Assembly: GCA_020431405.1 (NCBI GenBank)
Contig: JAGQIK010000362.1
Coordinates: forward strand, 9,858-73,857
Length of the DNA: 64,000 nucleotides
From: Myxococcales bacterium
GTDB lineage: Bacteria > Myxococcota_A > Polyangia > GCA-2747355
Direction: 5' to 3'
A model generated the notes under the pieces. That model was not told the origin of the DNA, searched no databases, and saw nothing but the letters and a program-made list of their open reading frames with translations. Of this stretch, positions 47,308-57,511 are shown one piece after another. Position 1 is the first letter of the stretch; every line of letters begins with the position of its first letter. The position numbers and the translations under genes are program-made.

Positions 47308-49914
47308 CTACATCACACGCCAGAACGTCAGCGAGAAAAAGCGCCGCAGCGGCCGCAGGAAGAGCACGAGCAGCGGCTCGGGTCGGCAAAGGACCTTGCC
47401 AGTGCCGCTAATTCCCGGACGCACCCAGCGCGGAGCATCGACGAGGCGGACGCGTATTGGCAGATCGGTGACTTTGAACCGCTTGCGCTCCACCTGCTTG
47501 ATGGAGTGCGCCAAGCGCGGAGCGAGCTTGTCCACGGTGCCCTTGACGTGGCGCCCGTCTCCGACCTGCAGCACCATGCGCACGGCTAGTCCTCGCCGCA
47601 GGCCGAACAGCTGCTGATCTTCTTCGAGCTTGAGTATCGCGTGCATCGACGACGACAGCTCGAACAGCTTGGTGCCCGGCTCGACCCAGCGTCCGAGCTG
47701 CTCCTCGGGGCGCGTGGTCGTCACGATGCCAGCCGAGGGGGCTCGCACGACCAGCGCGCGCTGCCTGATCGACAGGCGTTCCCGCTTTGCACGATAGCTG
47801 GCGCACTTCGCTTTCTGGGCTGCGACCAGCGCGGGGTTGATGGCCAGGCGTGCTCCGCGAGCGGCCGCCGCCTTGGCCACGCCGGATGCTGCTACCCGCG
47901 AGCTGTCGAGCAGCGCGCGCAGGTCCTCGCGCGGAATCACCGAGGCGAGCTTGCGCGAGCGACGAAGCTTCTCCGCCGCCGAGCGCGCTTTGACATTGGC
48001 GCGGGCAAGCTTGGTGAGCTCCAGCAGCCGCTCTGCGGCCGTCGCGCCGCGGCGAAGCTGCGCGAGCTTCGCTTCGCACTGCCGTGTTTCGGCGGCGGCC
48101 TGCTGGATGTTGGCAGCCAGGGTCGGGTTTTCCAGGCGCACCAGCACCTGTCCCTTGACCACCTTCGCGCCCTCCTTGGTTTTGATCGCCACGACCCGCC
48201 CCTCGACCGTCGCGCTGACGCTATGTGTCGTGTGCTCGATGCGCACCGTCCCGGTGATCATCGGTGACACGTCGACGAGGTAGAACGCCGCAGCGTCGAT
48301 TCCCAGCCATACCAACACGAGCGATGCCAAGCGCAGCCGATTGGCCCACGACTTCTGCTTGAGCGGAGCGAACGTCTCCTTGAGCAGTGAACCGAGGATC
48401 TTGAACAGAAGAAACAGCACCAGCGCGACGCCCAAGCCACCGAAGAAGGGAGTCAGCAGTCCCCACAATGATCCGGCGATACGGACGAGCCACAGGGTGC
48501 GGAACACCAGCGTCGCCACGCCCAGCGCGAGAAGGAGCGTCGCGACGCGCTGCGCGGTCGGTCGCAACGCGCCAACGAAGATCAGCGCGGACACCCCCAT
48601 GCAAGCCGAGATCGCGATCGATACCACGAACATTCCGCGGTTGACGGCCAGAGCGATCAGCAACGGCAGGATCACGAGGTTTGTCAGACCTAGCACGCAG
48701 AACGCGCGGAACGGTCCCGCGCGATAGGCGCGAGTCAAGGGTATGAGGATGCGCCGCTGCAACGCGGCTGTCGCGTCTTTGCTGAGCGATCGCAGATCGA
48801 GCATCCCGGCGAGCACGTGCTGGCCGTCGAGCGGTAGCAAGGGAACGAACTGAAACAGCGAAACGACGCCGGAGACGCTGGCGAGCGCGATGAAGTAGTT
48901 GTGAAGAAGCCCAGGTGCAGTGACGTACCACCCGATGGTCGCCACGATCCACAGGTTGACGGTGATCCAGACGCCGGCGGCCGCGGTGACGACCTTGCCC
49001 TTCCTGCTGAAATGGTGAGCATCGCTCACGTCGCAATAGGCGGCGGGGAGCACGTACATGATCAACATCAGCCCCATGCTCGAAGGACGGCCGCCGAAGT
49101 GCACCGCGGCCAACCCGTGGCCGAATTCGTGAACCACGAGCATGGTGAACATCGCGCCGATGAACAGACCGAACTTCGGCGCGCTCCACGAGGACTGGAA
49201 GAACTCCGCGTAGCGCGTGTAGTCGGCGTAGTAGAGCATCGCGCAGATGGTCGTAGCGACCACCCACACTGCGACCCACCAGCGGCTGAAGAGGAACTTC
49301 GTCGGCTGGTACAGCCGCTGGAGCATCGCTGTGGGGTTGATCAGGTGGAACGTTGGGAATGGAGCTTTGGGCTTGGGCCCCGTCTCGACGACGGCGTCGT
49401 TCAACAGCGTGATGGCTGTGCTGACACGCTCGTTGGACGGATTGACCTCCGCCGCCACGATCAGGCAGCGCGCCGCTTCCACCGGGTCTTGCTTGTTCAG
49501 CCAATCGGCCGCGCGCCACAGAAACGTCAGATCGTCTCGTTGCTCGTTTGCGACGCGTCGAAGTATGCCCGCCTTCTTCCACTTCTTGAGGGCTCTGCGA
49601 GCCGCCTTCGCACGCTCGCGTGAATCCAGCTGGTCCAGCGAGGCGGTGACGAGCAGTCGGCGTCGCTTGAGGACCTCGATGAATTTCCAAAGGTCTCGGG
49701 CGGAGACCCAGGCGTCATACTTGTCACCTAGCGTTTCGGCTATCTCGTCGACGGTACGCTTGCCGTCGAGGTGACGCAGAACGTCAGCCTGGAAAGGGCC
49801 GAGCTCCAAACGCACGTCCGAGATCGGGTCCTTGACGACGAAGGCCCGCCCTTGGTCGACAGGGTGGATTTCGATATCTGGGCGGAGCTCGGGTAGGCTG
49901 ATCTGTTGCGTCAC
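47308..49914 (-). CDS. M50 (site-2 protease family) membrane metallopeptidase fused to a HlyD-like periplasmic adaptor domain.
   Basis: HEFGHGLAAVHFGG within TM helices. The C-terminal 350 aa are HlyD-like (coiled coil plus beta-barrel). GTG start. Confidence 0.55.
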   Translation of the reverse strand: MTQQISLPELRPDIEIHPVDQGRAFVVKDPISDVRLELGPFQADVLRHLDGKRTVDEIAETLGDKYDAWVSARDLWKFIEVLKRRRLLVTASLDQLDSRERAKAARRALKKWKKAGILRRVANEQRDDLTFLWRAADWLNKQDPVEAARCLIVAAEVNPSNERVSTAITLLNDAVVETGPKPKAPFPTFHLINPTAMLQRLYQPTKFLFSRWWVAVWVVATTICAMLYYADYTRYAEFFQSSWSAPKFGLFIGAMFTMLVVHEFGHGLAAVHFGGRPSSMGLMLIMYVLPAAYCDVSDAHHFSRKGKVVTAAAGVWITVNLWIVATIGWYVTAPGLLHNYFIALASVSGVVSLFQFVPLLPLDGQHVLAGMLDLRSLSKDATAALQRRILIPLTRAYRAGPFRAFCVLGLTNLVILPLLIALAVNRGMFVVSIAISACMGVSALIFVGALRPTAQRVATLLLALGVATLVFRTLWLVRIAGSLWGLLTPFFGGLGVALVLFLLFKILGSLLKETFAPLKQKSWANRLRLASLVLVWLGIDAAAFYLVDVSPMITGTVRIEHTTHSVSATVEGRVVAIKTKEGAKVVKGQVLVRLENPTLAANIQQAAAETRQCEAKLAQLRRGATAAERLLELTKLARANVKARSAAEKLRRSRKLASVIPREDLRALLDSSRVAASGVAKAAAARGARLAINPALVAAQKAKCASYRAKRERLSIRQRALVVRAPSAGIVTTTRPEEQLGRWVEPGTKLFELSSSMHAILKLEEDQQLFGLRRGLAVRMVLQVGDGRHVKGTVDKLAPRLAHSIKQVERKRFKVTDLPIRVRLVDAPRWVRPGISGTGKVLCRPEPLLVLFLRPLRRFFSLTFWRVM

Positions 49915-50012
49915 TCTGCCTTCCGCGCAGCGTTGGTCGACCGGTCGTGACGATCATACTGCGTCGGATAGGGCCTCGCAGGTCAAAAGCACGTCGAGTC
50001 CCTGCGCGCAGC

Positions 50013-51788
50013 CTAGATAGGCCATCCCAGCGGCACCAGCCAAACCAGCCCTGCGATCACGAGCGCGGTCAAGGGCAAGCCGAGCCGAAGGTAGTCCGCG
50101 AACGTATAGCCGCCGGGGCCGTAGACCATGATGTTGGTGGCGTATCCCGTTGGCGTCAGAAACGATGTAGCACAGGCGAGGGTCACCGCCGCGGCGATGC
50201 CGCGTGGTTGCAGCGACAGCGTTCGCGCCGCCGTGAGGGCGATGGGCAACACCAGCGCAGCAGCCGCGTTGTTGGTGACCAGCTCTTTGAGTAGCGCAGC
50301 AGCCAAAGCCACACCCAAGAGGACGCCACGCGGTCCAAAACGGCCGAGAGACTGCACGAGCGCGGTCGATAGTCTGGTCGCGAGGCCCGAGTTGTTGACG
50401 CCCGCCGCCAAACCGAATGCGGCGGCGATGGTGACGACGACGTTGGTGTCGATCGCCTGCTGTAGGTCGCTCGCGCCGAGGGCACGGCCAAACACCAACA
50501 CGGCGGCGCCGCCGAGCGCAGCGGTGACCAGTGGCACGACGCGCGCGGCGGACAGCGCTACGATCGCCACGGCGACCACAAACACCAGCCACGCGCGGCG
50601 CGACAGCTGGCGCGGCACCGTGAAGAATGGGGCGATCAACAAGAAGTCCGGCCGGTCGCGCCAGCGGCGGTAGAAGCCCTCTCCCGCGACCATCAGCAGC
50701 GTGTCGCCGGTGCGGATGGTTACCTGGCCTAGCTTGCCGCTGATGCGGTGTCCCGCCCGATGTATCGCCAGCACGGCGGCTTGGTAGCGGCTGCGAAACC
50801 CCGCTTCCTTGAGCGTCTTTCCGACGAGCGGCGAGGCTGCGCCGACCACTGCCTCGAAGTGTTCGACCTCGTCAGTTTCGAGCGTGACGACGTGGTCCTT
50901 CTCGGCAGAGACCAAGCCAGGAAGGCGCTGAAGGTCGACGATGTCGTCGACCTTGCCGGCGAAACGTAGGCGGTCGCCGCCATGGAGGATGGTGTCCGGA
51001 CGCACCGGGGCGATGTGGTGGCCGTCCGCAGCGCGTTGTAGCTCGACCAGAAAGACGCCATTGAGACGCCGCAGGCCGGCGGCCTCGACCGTATGCCCTT
51101 CGAGTTCTTGACCTGCGCTGACCACCATGTCGACGACGTAGTCGCGCAGCTCTTCGACGACCTCGCGTCGGGTCGAGCGCCGCTCGGGCAGCACGATCGG
51201 TCCGACCACGATGATGAGCAGCAGTCCGGCGACCGCGATTGGGACTCCGGTCCGCGAAAGCTCGAAGAAGCCAAATGGGTCGAGCCCCGCATCCTGCATC
51301 ATGCCCGAGACGAGCAAGTGCGTCGCAGTTCCTGCGATCGTGGCGATACCGCCCAGAATTGCCGCGAACGAGAGTGGCATCAGGAACATCGACGCCGGTC
51401 GCTCGTTGCGGGTCGTCCACTGCTGAACCTCGGGCACGAGCAGAGCTACGATCGGCGTGTTGTTGAGGAACGCAGACATTGCCGCGGTGGGAAACAGCAG
51501 GCGCGCCAGAGACGGTCGCAAGGAGCGACCCGATCCCAGCATGGCGCGGACGAGCGGTGACAACGCGCCGGTTCGCTCTACCGCAGCGGCGAGCACGTAC
51601 AAGGCGGCGATGGTTATCGGCGCTGGATTAGCGAAGCCAGCCAGTGCCTGCCGTGGTGTGATGATCTGCGCGCAAAGAAGCGCGATGGTGGCACCGACCA
51701 TCGCGCCCGAGGAGCTGACGCGGTCGCGCACCATCGCGCCGAACGCGATCACCAGAGTTCCCAGAGCAAACCACTCCGACCATTGCAT
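50013..51788 (-). CDS. SLC13/DASS-type anion permease with two central TrkA-C regulatory domains.
   Basis: Polytopic N- and C-terminal halves flanking a soluble about 160-aa TrkA-C-like region. 591 aa. Confidence 0.55.
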   Translation of the reverse strand: MQWSEWFALGTLVIAFGAMVRDRVSSSGAMVGATIALLCAQIITPRQALAGFANPAPITIAALYVLAAAVERTGALSPLVRAMLGSGRSLRPSLARLLFPTAAMSAFLNNTPIVALLVPEVQQWTTRNERPASMFLMPLSFAAILGGIATIAGTATHLLVSGMMQDAGLDPFGFFELSRTGVPIAVAGLLLIIVVGPIVLPERRSTRREVVEELRDYVVDMVVSAGQELEGHTVEAAGLRRLNGVFLVELQRAADGHHIAPVRPDTILHGGDRLRFAGKVDDIVDLQRLPGLVSAEKDHVVTLETDEVEHFEAVVGAASPLVGKTLKEAGFRSRYQAAVLAIHRAGHRISGKLGQVTIRTGDTLLMVAGEGFYRRWRDRPDFLLIAPFFTVPRQLSRRAWLVFVVAVAIVALSAARVVPLVTAALGGAAVLVFGRALGASDLQQAIDTNVVVTIAAAFGLAAGVNNSGLATRLSTALVQSLGRFGPRGVLLGVALAAALLKELVTNNAAAALVLPIALTAARTLSLQPRGIAAAVTLACATSFLTPTGYATNIMVYGPGGYTFADYLRLGLPLTALVIAGLVWLVPLGWPI

Positions 51789-51951
51789 GCGACGTGCTTG
51801 CTAGCTTTCGGTGCCTTGCCAACTGACGTAGCGGGCCGCGTACCTCGCACCATTGTTCGCTGGGCTCCGCACTTGAAACCACATTCGCTGGGCGCGCGCA
51901 GGTCCGTCAAGTAGCCTAGGCATTCAAGCGTCCGCGCACACGACAAGCTCC

Positions 51952-54114
51952 ATGGCCAACAAAGCTCCACTCACCTTCCGTCAGGCCGACGCAGCCGACC
52001 TGGGCTCCATCGCGCGCTTCATCGGGGCGCACCCACATGGATCTCCCGAGCACCTGCTCGTCGGGCTCAGATCAGGTTTCAGGTCGCACGGCGCGATACT
52101 GATCGCCGAGTCCGAGGGCGAGATCGCTGCCATGGCGTCGTACGTTCGACTCGAGCTGCCGCCAAAGGAGGTCAGTGTCGCCAACGGGACGCTGGAGTTT
52201 GCCTCTCGCTCCATACTCGCGCGCGACAGCGACGCCGAGCACGCCATGCTGCGCGAGCTGGTAAGTCGAGCAGAAGCGGACGGCGAGCATCTGATCCTGA
52301 CGGTGTCGGCAGGTCCGCTCAGAGATTGTGTCGAGGCGCAGGCGATAGTGCCTCACTTCACGCAGGTGATCGATCTGCCGCAAGACGAGCAGACATTCCG
52401 CGCGCGCCTGCGCCCTCGCCTGAGAACGAAGCTGCGTGCTTGCGAGCGAGCGGGGATGACGATCGAGTACGGCTCGGCCACGCCGGACGCGCTCGACGGG
52501 GTAGCGGCGATCTACGATGAGGTTCGCCAGCGCAATCCGAACGCGTCTCTTTATCCGATCGCGACGGAACTGCTGGAGGTGGTGTCCGAGACGGAGGGGG
52601 TCGCGGAGGAGTTCGCCGTCGATGTCGTGCGCGTCGTGGCTGACGACGGGCGAACGCTCGGGGCGTACATATGCCTCGCGCTCGGTGACCACGCGGTGCT
52701 GTATCGCGGCGGAGTCGCCGACGCAGGCTTGCGTGGCTACGGCGGGGCGTTTCTGATGTTGGGCGTCGTTCGCTGGGCGATCGAGCGTGGCGCACGGCTG
52801 CTCAACTTGGGGGAATGCAAGCCGCGTACGGGACTGTTCGAGTTCAAGGCCAGCTTTCTCGCCCGCTACGAGGTCAACGACCGAGCGCTTCTGCAGCCGA
52901 GCGCCGCCTACTGCCTATCGGAGCTGTGGTCTCAGAACTGGAAAGTCGAGATCATCGCCAATCCGTGGGCAACGCGCGCCGTGGCTGCTGTCGAAGCGAT
53001 GGCAGGCCCGCCCGCCTCGGGGCCACTGTCTGGAGTGGCGTTCGCGAGTTGCACGCCCGGCGAACACGAGCTCGAGTGGGCTCGTTCGCTTGGCCTCTCG
53101 GTGCTCGCCGTAGACGTTCCGCTCGACCACCACGCGCTGACGTTAGTGCGCGATCAACAAGGCGTGGTGGTCGTCGAGTCGACGCGGTCGGGCGCACGGA
53201 CGCTGCAAGTGGTCGACATGTTGACCCTGACCATGCCCGAGGCGGACCTCGCGATCTCTGTTCATCGCGGTGACAGCGCGGCGGACGAACTGTGCGCCAG
53301 CAGTCAGGCAGCAGATGCCGTGGTGATCGAAGCGGACGACGAGGAGGCGCTGCTCGGTGTGATCGATGTCCTCGGCGACGAAGAAGGGCAGGTCTGTCTC
53401 CCCGAAGGGTTCCGCCCCTCGTGCCTCCCCGCGATCAGCGACGAGTGTCGCTTTTGCGGCCAGCGCTGCCCGGCACGACGTCCCAGAGCCGTGCTCGTCG
53501 ATTCGCGAGGCGACGTGCGCGCGTGCCGCCGCGCTGCGCCGATGGGAAAGGTGGGCGATCCACTCGATGGCATGCCGACCGCGGAGAACCGAGGTTGCGA
53601 GGCGTGCGTCGCCCAGTCGTGGTGCTCGCGCTGCCCGGTGGAGCTCGCCGGTCCCAATGCGGAGCTCTTCTGCGAGCTCACGCGCTCGCGGGTGATGTTG
53701 CGCATCACGGCGCTGCTCCGCTCGGCTCGACTGCTCGCGAGCCGCGGCAGGTTGTCGAATGCTGCGAGTGTGGCTTTGCCGGAGGCGCTGGAGCTGGAGG
53801 AGCCGTCGAGCGAGGTCGAACAGCAGTTGCTGCCGCTTCTCGATGCGGATGTCGGCGTGGTGGAGATCGACGGCGCAGCGTGGGCACACTCCGAAGACGA
53901 GGTCTTCGAGCTCGGAGAGACACTCGTCGATGTGATGGGGCTGCTACGCGATCGTGCGTCGCGGCAGGTGGCCGAGAAGACGTTGGCCGACACCTACGAT
54001 CTTCCCCTTACCGAGGCGGGGGAGCTGCTCGATCAGAGTCTGGAGATTTTGGCGCACCGTTCGCTGGTTCGCTGGCACGAGGAAGGCGACGGCTCCTCCA
54101 GCGCGGACGGATAG
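51952..54114 (+). CDS. Hypothetical protein with an N-terminal FemAB/CelD-like GNAT acyltransferase fold and a Cys-rich C-terminal region.
   Basis: …LGECKPRTGLFEFKASFLARYE… resembles the BioF2/FemAB-like GNAT motif. CRFCGQRCP and CEACVAQSWCSRCP clusters. Confidence 0.35.
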   Translation: MANKAPLTFRQADAADLGSIARFIGAHPHGSPEHLLVGLRSGFRSHGAILIAESEGEIAAMASYVRLELPPKEVSVANGTLEFASRSILARDSDAEHAMLRELVSRAEADGEHLILTVSAGPLRDCVEAQAIVPHFTQVIDLPQDEQTFRARLRPRLRTKLRACERAGMTIEYGSATPDALDGVAAIYDEVRQRNPNASLYPIATELLEVVSETEGVAEEFAVDVVRVVADDGRTLGAYICLALGDHAVLYRGGVADAGLRGYGGAFLMLGVVRWAIERGARLLNLGECKPRTGLFEFKASFLARYEVNDRALLQPSAAYCLSELWSQNWKVEIIANPWATRAVAAVEAMAGPPASGPLSGVAFASCTPGEHELEWARSLGLSVLAVDVPLDHHALTLVRDQQGVVVVESTRSGARTLQVVDMLTLTMPEADLAISVHRGDSAADELCASSQAADAVVIEADDEEALLGVIDVLGDEEGQVCLPEGFRPSCLPAISDECRFCGQRCPARRPRAVLVDSRGDVRACRRAAPMGKVGDPLDGMPTAENRGCEACVAQSWCSRCPVELAGPNAELFCELTRSRVMLRITALLRSARLLASRGRLSNAASVALPEALELEEPSSEVEQQLLPLLDADVGVVEIDGAAWAHSEDEVFELGETLVDVMGLLRDRASRQVAEKTLADTYDLPLTEAGELLDQSLEILAHRSLVRWHEEGDGSSSADG

Positions 54115-54177
54115 GGGGGCTGCTTCGTCAGCTTTCGCGCTGCACCGGTCACGCTGAGAGTGCTAGGCTAGGCGAAA

Positions 54178-56610
54178 GTGACTTCACGAATATCGCCACG
54201 TTGGCGTGAGTTGATCCGTACCGAGCTTCTCGCTGCATCGATCATCGTGTCCCTCTGGACCCCTCGAGCCTCTGCACAAGAACGACACGAGGTACCCAAG
54301 GGTTGGCAAGCATCCCTGGCGAAAGGCCATCAGGCCGAGAAGCGTGGTGATCGCTTGAGCAGGCGAGGGCGCGCGGCGGCGGCCAAAGCGGCGTACCGCG
54401 ACGCGATGTCTGCGTACCTCGAGACGATCTCCAAGCGCCCCAAGGCCGCCGAGGCCTACGCGCGTCTGGGGCGCATGTTCGTCGCGCTGCGTGCATTCAA
54501 CGAGTGTGTTGCCGTTTTCAGCCAAGGGCAGCACCAGCTGCCCAACGATGTTCCCATTCGTCGCTATCTCGGTGTGTGCACCTGGTTCCGCGGCAACAAG
54601 CAGGCCGCTCTGGCGCACCTGATCTGGGTCTCGAAACGCAAGCCCACGGCGGAAGTGCTGTTGCTGGTCGGGCGATATCTCGCGCAGCAGCGACGCTGCA
54701 AGCAGGCGGTCCCGCACCTGTCGGCGCTGCTCAAGCTCGGCGAGCGAGTGGCCGAGCGACGCATGCTTGCTGATTGCCTCATGCGTGTGGGCCGCTTCGC
54801 GGACGCGCGCGAGAGCTACGAGAAGCTCGTCTCGGCGACGGGCGGCAAGCCGTTCGCGCTGTGGGGGCTCGCGCGGGCCTACGAACGGACGGAGGCTCAC
54901 GCCAAGGCAGAGGCGACCTATCGCCGCCTGATGGCGGCGCTCCCGGAGAACAAGAAACCCGACGTGCTCGTGCCGCTCGCCGAGCAACTGCGACGCCAGG
55001 GGCGCTACGACGAGGCGGCAAGACTAGCCCGGCGCTACGTCTCGGCGCGCCCAAAGGCGCCGGGCGGCCATCAAGAGCTTGGCTTGATCGCGTTGTCGCG
55101 ACGCGATTGTCGCGAGGCCCTCGGTCAGTTCGAGTTGGCGGTTGCACGGGGGCACAAGTCGGCCTGGGCGCACTCACTGCTCTCTCGTGCGCTGCGCTGC
55201 GTAAACCAGCCCAAACGCGCGATCACGGCGTCAGAGCGCGCCGCGGCGCTCTCTCGCGATCCCGATATCGCGATGGAGCTGGGCAACGCCTACCGCGCCG
55301 GTGGCAGGTACGAGCAGGCCATCGGCATTCATGATCGCTTGCTGCGCCAACACCCCAAGCGCGTGGCGTTTCGGCTGCAGCTCGCCAACGACTACCTGGC
55401 CGCGCAGAAGCTCGACTCGGCGATTCGCGAGTACAACCGGCTTGTCAAGAACGCTTCGGCACCTCGTTGGGATCGCTGGCGCGCCAAGCGCGGGTTGTCG
55501 GCCTGCTACTACAACATGGGCGTGCTCGCCATGCGCAAAGGGCAGGACGCGGAGGCGAGCCGGTTACTGACGCGGGCGCAGAGCTATCGCAAGGGGCACC
55601 GACGTGCGCGACTAGCGCAGGCTCTGCTGGCGCTTCGACGCAAGGACGGGGTCAGAGCCCTTCAGCTGATCAAGCGCGACAAGAAGTCTGCTCTGGCGCT
55701 GTGGATCCGGGGACGCTTGGCTCTCGACGCCGGCAAATTGAAACAGGCTCGCACCCTTCTGCGTAAGGCTACCCGGGCGAGAGGTGGCCGGCGCATGCCA
55801 CAGATCACCAACGACCTGGCGGTGGCAGATGCCAAGGCGGGCAAGCTCAAGGCCGCCAACGCTCGGCTCGAGTCGCTGCCGGGCGACGTCGCGCAATACA
55901 ACCAGCAGCTCGTCAAGCTGGCGTTGACGCTAGCAGCGCTTCGTCGCCAGCGCGGCGCCCTCGCCAAACACTACATGGACGCTATCGACGTCAAGCGGTT
56001 GGCTCCACGCGAAAAGATGCTGCACGGCGTATTAGCGGCGGCGACGGCGATCGCCACGGGCGCCAAGAAGCGAGGTATCGCCAAGCTGAGCAGACTCGCG
56101 CGCGACCGCAACTTCTCGCAAGTAGCCGCCCCTGATGTTCGACGCTCGGCGGCACGGTTGATCCGAGCAAAGCTCGCGATCGCGACCGGCAAGGGGATCC
56201 CCGCCAGCATGCGCAGCCTCGCCCGAGTGCGCGGCGCCCGCGCTCGTAAGATCGCGCAGCGTCTTCGCATGACGCTGCGGCGCCTGGCATTGCACCAGTT
56301 CTATCGCAAGGGACGATATCGCCGAGCCGCCAAGCTGGCCGGCCCCGGCGCACCCCCCGCGCTCCAACACGATGCAGCGTGCGCCGCCTACCGCTCCGGT
56401 GACAAGGCGCGCGCTCGCGCGGTGTTCGCCAGGCTACAGAGAAAGGTGCCCGAGGCCACGGTCAACCTCGGCATCGCGGTGGACGAGCTAGACAAGAACC
56501 GCCGCCGCGCCTTCGACCTCTACCGTCGCTACCTAAAAGAGAGTGGTGGGCGTGCGAAAGTCGTGCGGCGCTGGATCGAGGCGAAGAAGAGAATCTACGG
56601 CTTCAGATGA
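54178..56610 (+). CDS. Large TPR repeat protein (secreted).
   Basis: More than 15 TPR-like repeats across 810 aa. N-terminal hydrophobic segment. Confidence 0.6.
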   Translation: MTSRISPRWRELIRTELLAASIIVSLWTPRASAQERHEVPKGWQASLAKGHQAEKRGDRLSRRGRAAAAKAAYRDAMSAYLETISKRPKAAEAYARLGRMFVALRAFNECVAVFSQGQHQLPNDVPIRRYLGVCTWFRGNKQAALAHLIWVSKRKPTAEVLLLVGRYLAQQRRCKQAVPHLSALLKLGERVAERRMLADCLMRVGRFADARESYEKLVSATGGKPFALWGLARAYERTEAHAKAEATYRRLMAALPENKKPDVLVPLAEQLRRQGRYDEAARLARRYVSARPKAPGGHQELGLIALSRRDCREALGQFELAVARGHKSAWAHSLLSRALRCVNQPKRAITASERAAALSRDPDIAMELGNAYRAGGRYEQAIGIHDRLLRQHPKRVAFRLQLANDYLAAQKLDSAIREYNRLVKNASAPRWDRWRAKRGLSACYYNMGVLAMRKGQDAEASRLLTRAQSYRKGHRRARLAQALLALRRKDGVRALQLIKRDKKSALALWIRGRLALDAGKLKQARTLLRKATRARGGRRMPQITNDLAVADAKAGKLKAANARLESLPGDVAQYNQQLVKLALTLAALRRQRGALAKHYMDAIDVKRLAPREKMLHGVLAAATAIATGAKKRGIAKLSRLARDRNFSQVAAPDVRRSAARLIRAKLAIATGKGIPASMRSLARVRGARARKIAQRLRMTLRRLALHQFYRKGRYRRAAKLAGPGAPPALQHDAACAAYRSGDKARARAVFARLQRKVPEATVNLGIAVDELDKNRRRAFDLYRRYLKESGGRAKVVRRWIEAKKRIYGFR

Positions 56611-57503
56611 CCCTTCGATACAAAGCACGCTTGCTCGTTGTCGTGGCAGGCCTACTCGTTGGCCACGAGGCCTTGGCTGCCAAGCCGTTGGTCGTGGGCA
56701 TGTTCTGTCCGTCGCTCGCCTTCAAGAACACCGCAGCGCGTGTTCGGTTCGTCAATCGCGTCGCGACACTGATCAGCCAGAAGGTCGGCGCGCCCGTCTC
56801 GGGTCAGGTCTTCGCGACGCCCGCGGTGCTCGATCGTCGACTCGCAAACGGCGCGGTTCAGATCGTGCTAGCCGAGCCCGCATATCTCGCCGCACGGCTC
56901 AAGCGCTTGAAGGTCGTCGCGATCGCCACGTCGTCCGGACGCTCCAGACAGCCCTGGTCGCTCGTCACGAGCAAGCCGATGACGCTGGCGCAGCTCAAGG
57001 GGAAGGTGGTTGCCATCCCTCGACTCGGAGGCGGTCGCAGCATCGTTGCGAACTACATGTTCTACGGCGAGCTGGGACCGAAGTACCTCAAGCTGATCGA
57101 GGTGCCGAACACCGAGGCAGCGCTCGCCACCCTGCGCGTGGGGCGCAGCGAGGCTGCGCTCATACCGAGCCGCAGCGCTGGCGGATTGACGAAGGTTCTC
57201 ACCACACGCAGCATGCCGATGCCGGCGCTGGCTGTCCTCAAAGCGAAGGTCGCGCTCGGCAACGGCATTCGGGCTGCAGTCGCGCGGCTGGTGGCGTCTC
57301 AATTGGGCATCGATGGTTGGCGTGGTGCCTCCGGGGCGTCTGTCCGGGTGGTCTCCAGTCGAACGCGCAAGACCCCGATCTTGTCGCCGATACGACTGCA
57401 CGCGATCGACCTCACCGAGGTCCTGATGGGCCCACGGTCGATGGCCTGGCGACTTTCGAATGTGAAGCAGGTAACGCCTCGTCTGCAGCGCTCCATCAAG
57501 TAA
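56607..57503 (+). CDS. Periplasmic substrate-binding-protein-like (PhnD/SsuA-type fold) protein.
   Basis: Signal peptide. About 300-aa PBP-like sequence. ATGA overlap with the upstream stop. Confidence 0.4.
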   Translation: MTLRYKARLLVVVAGLLVGHEALAAKPLVVGMFCPSLAFKNTAARVRFVNRVATLISQKVGAPVSGQVFATPAVLDRRLANGAVQIVLAEPAYLAARLKRLKVVAIATSSGRSRQPWSLVTSKPMTLAQLKGKVVAIPRLGGGRSIVANYMFYGELGPKYLKLIEVPNTEAALATLRVGRSEAALIPSRSAGGLTKVLTTRSMPMPALAVLKAKVALGNGIRAAVARLVASQLGIDGWRGASGASVRVVSSRTRKTPILSPIRLHAIDLTEVLMGPRSMAWRLSNVKQVTPRLQRSIK

Positions 57504-57511
57504 GCACGCGT

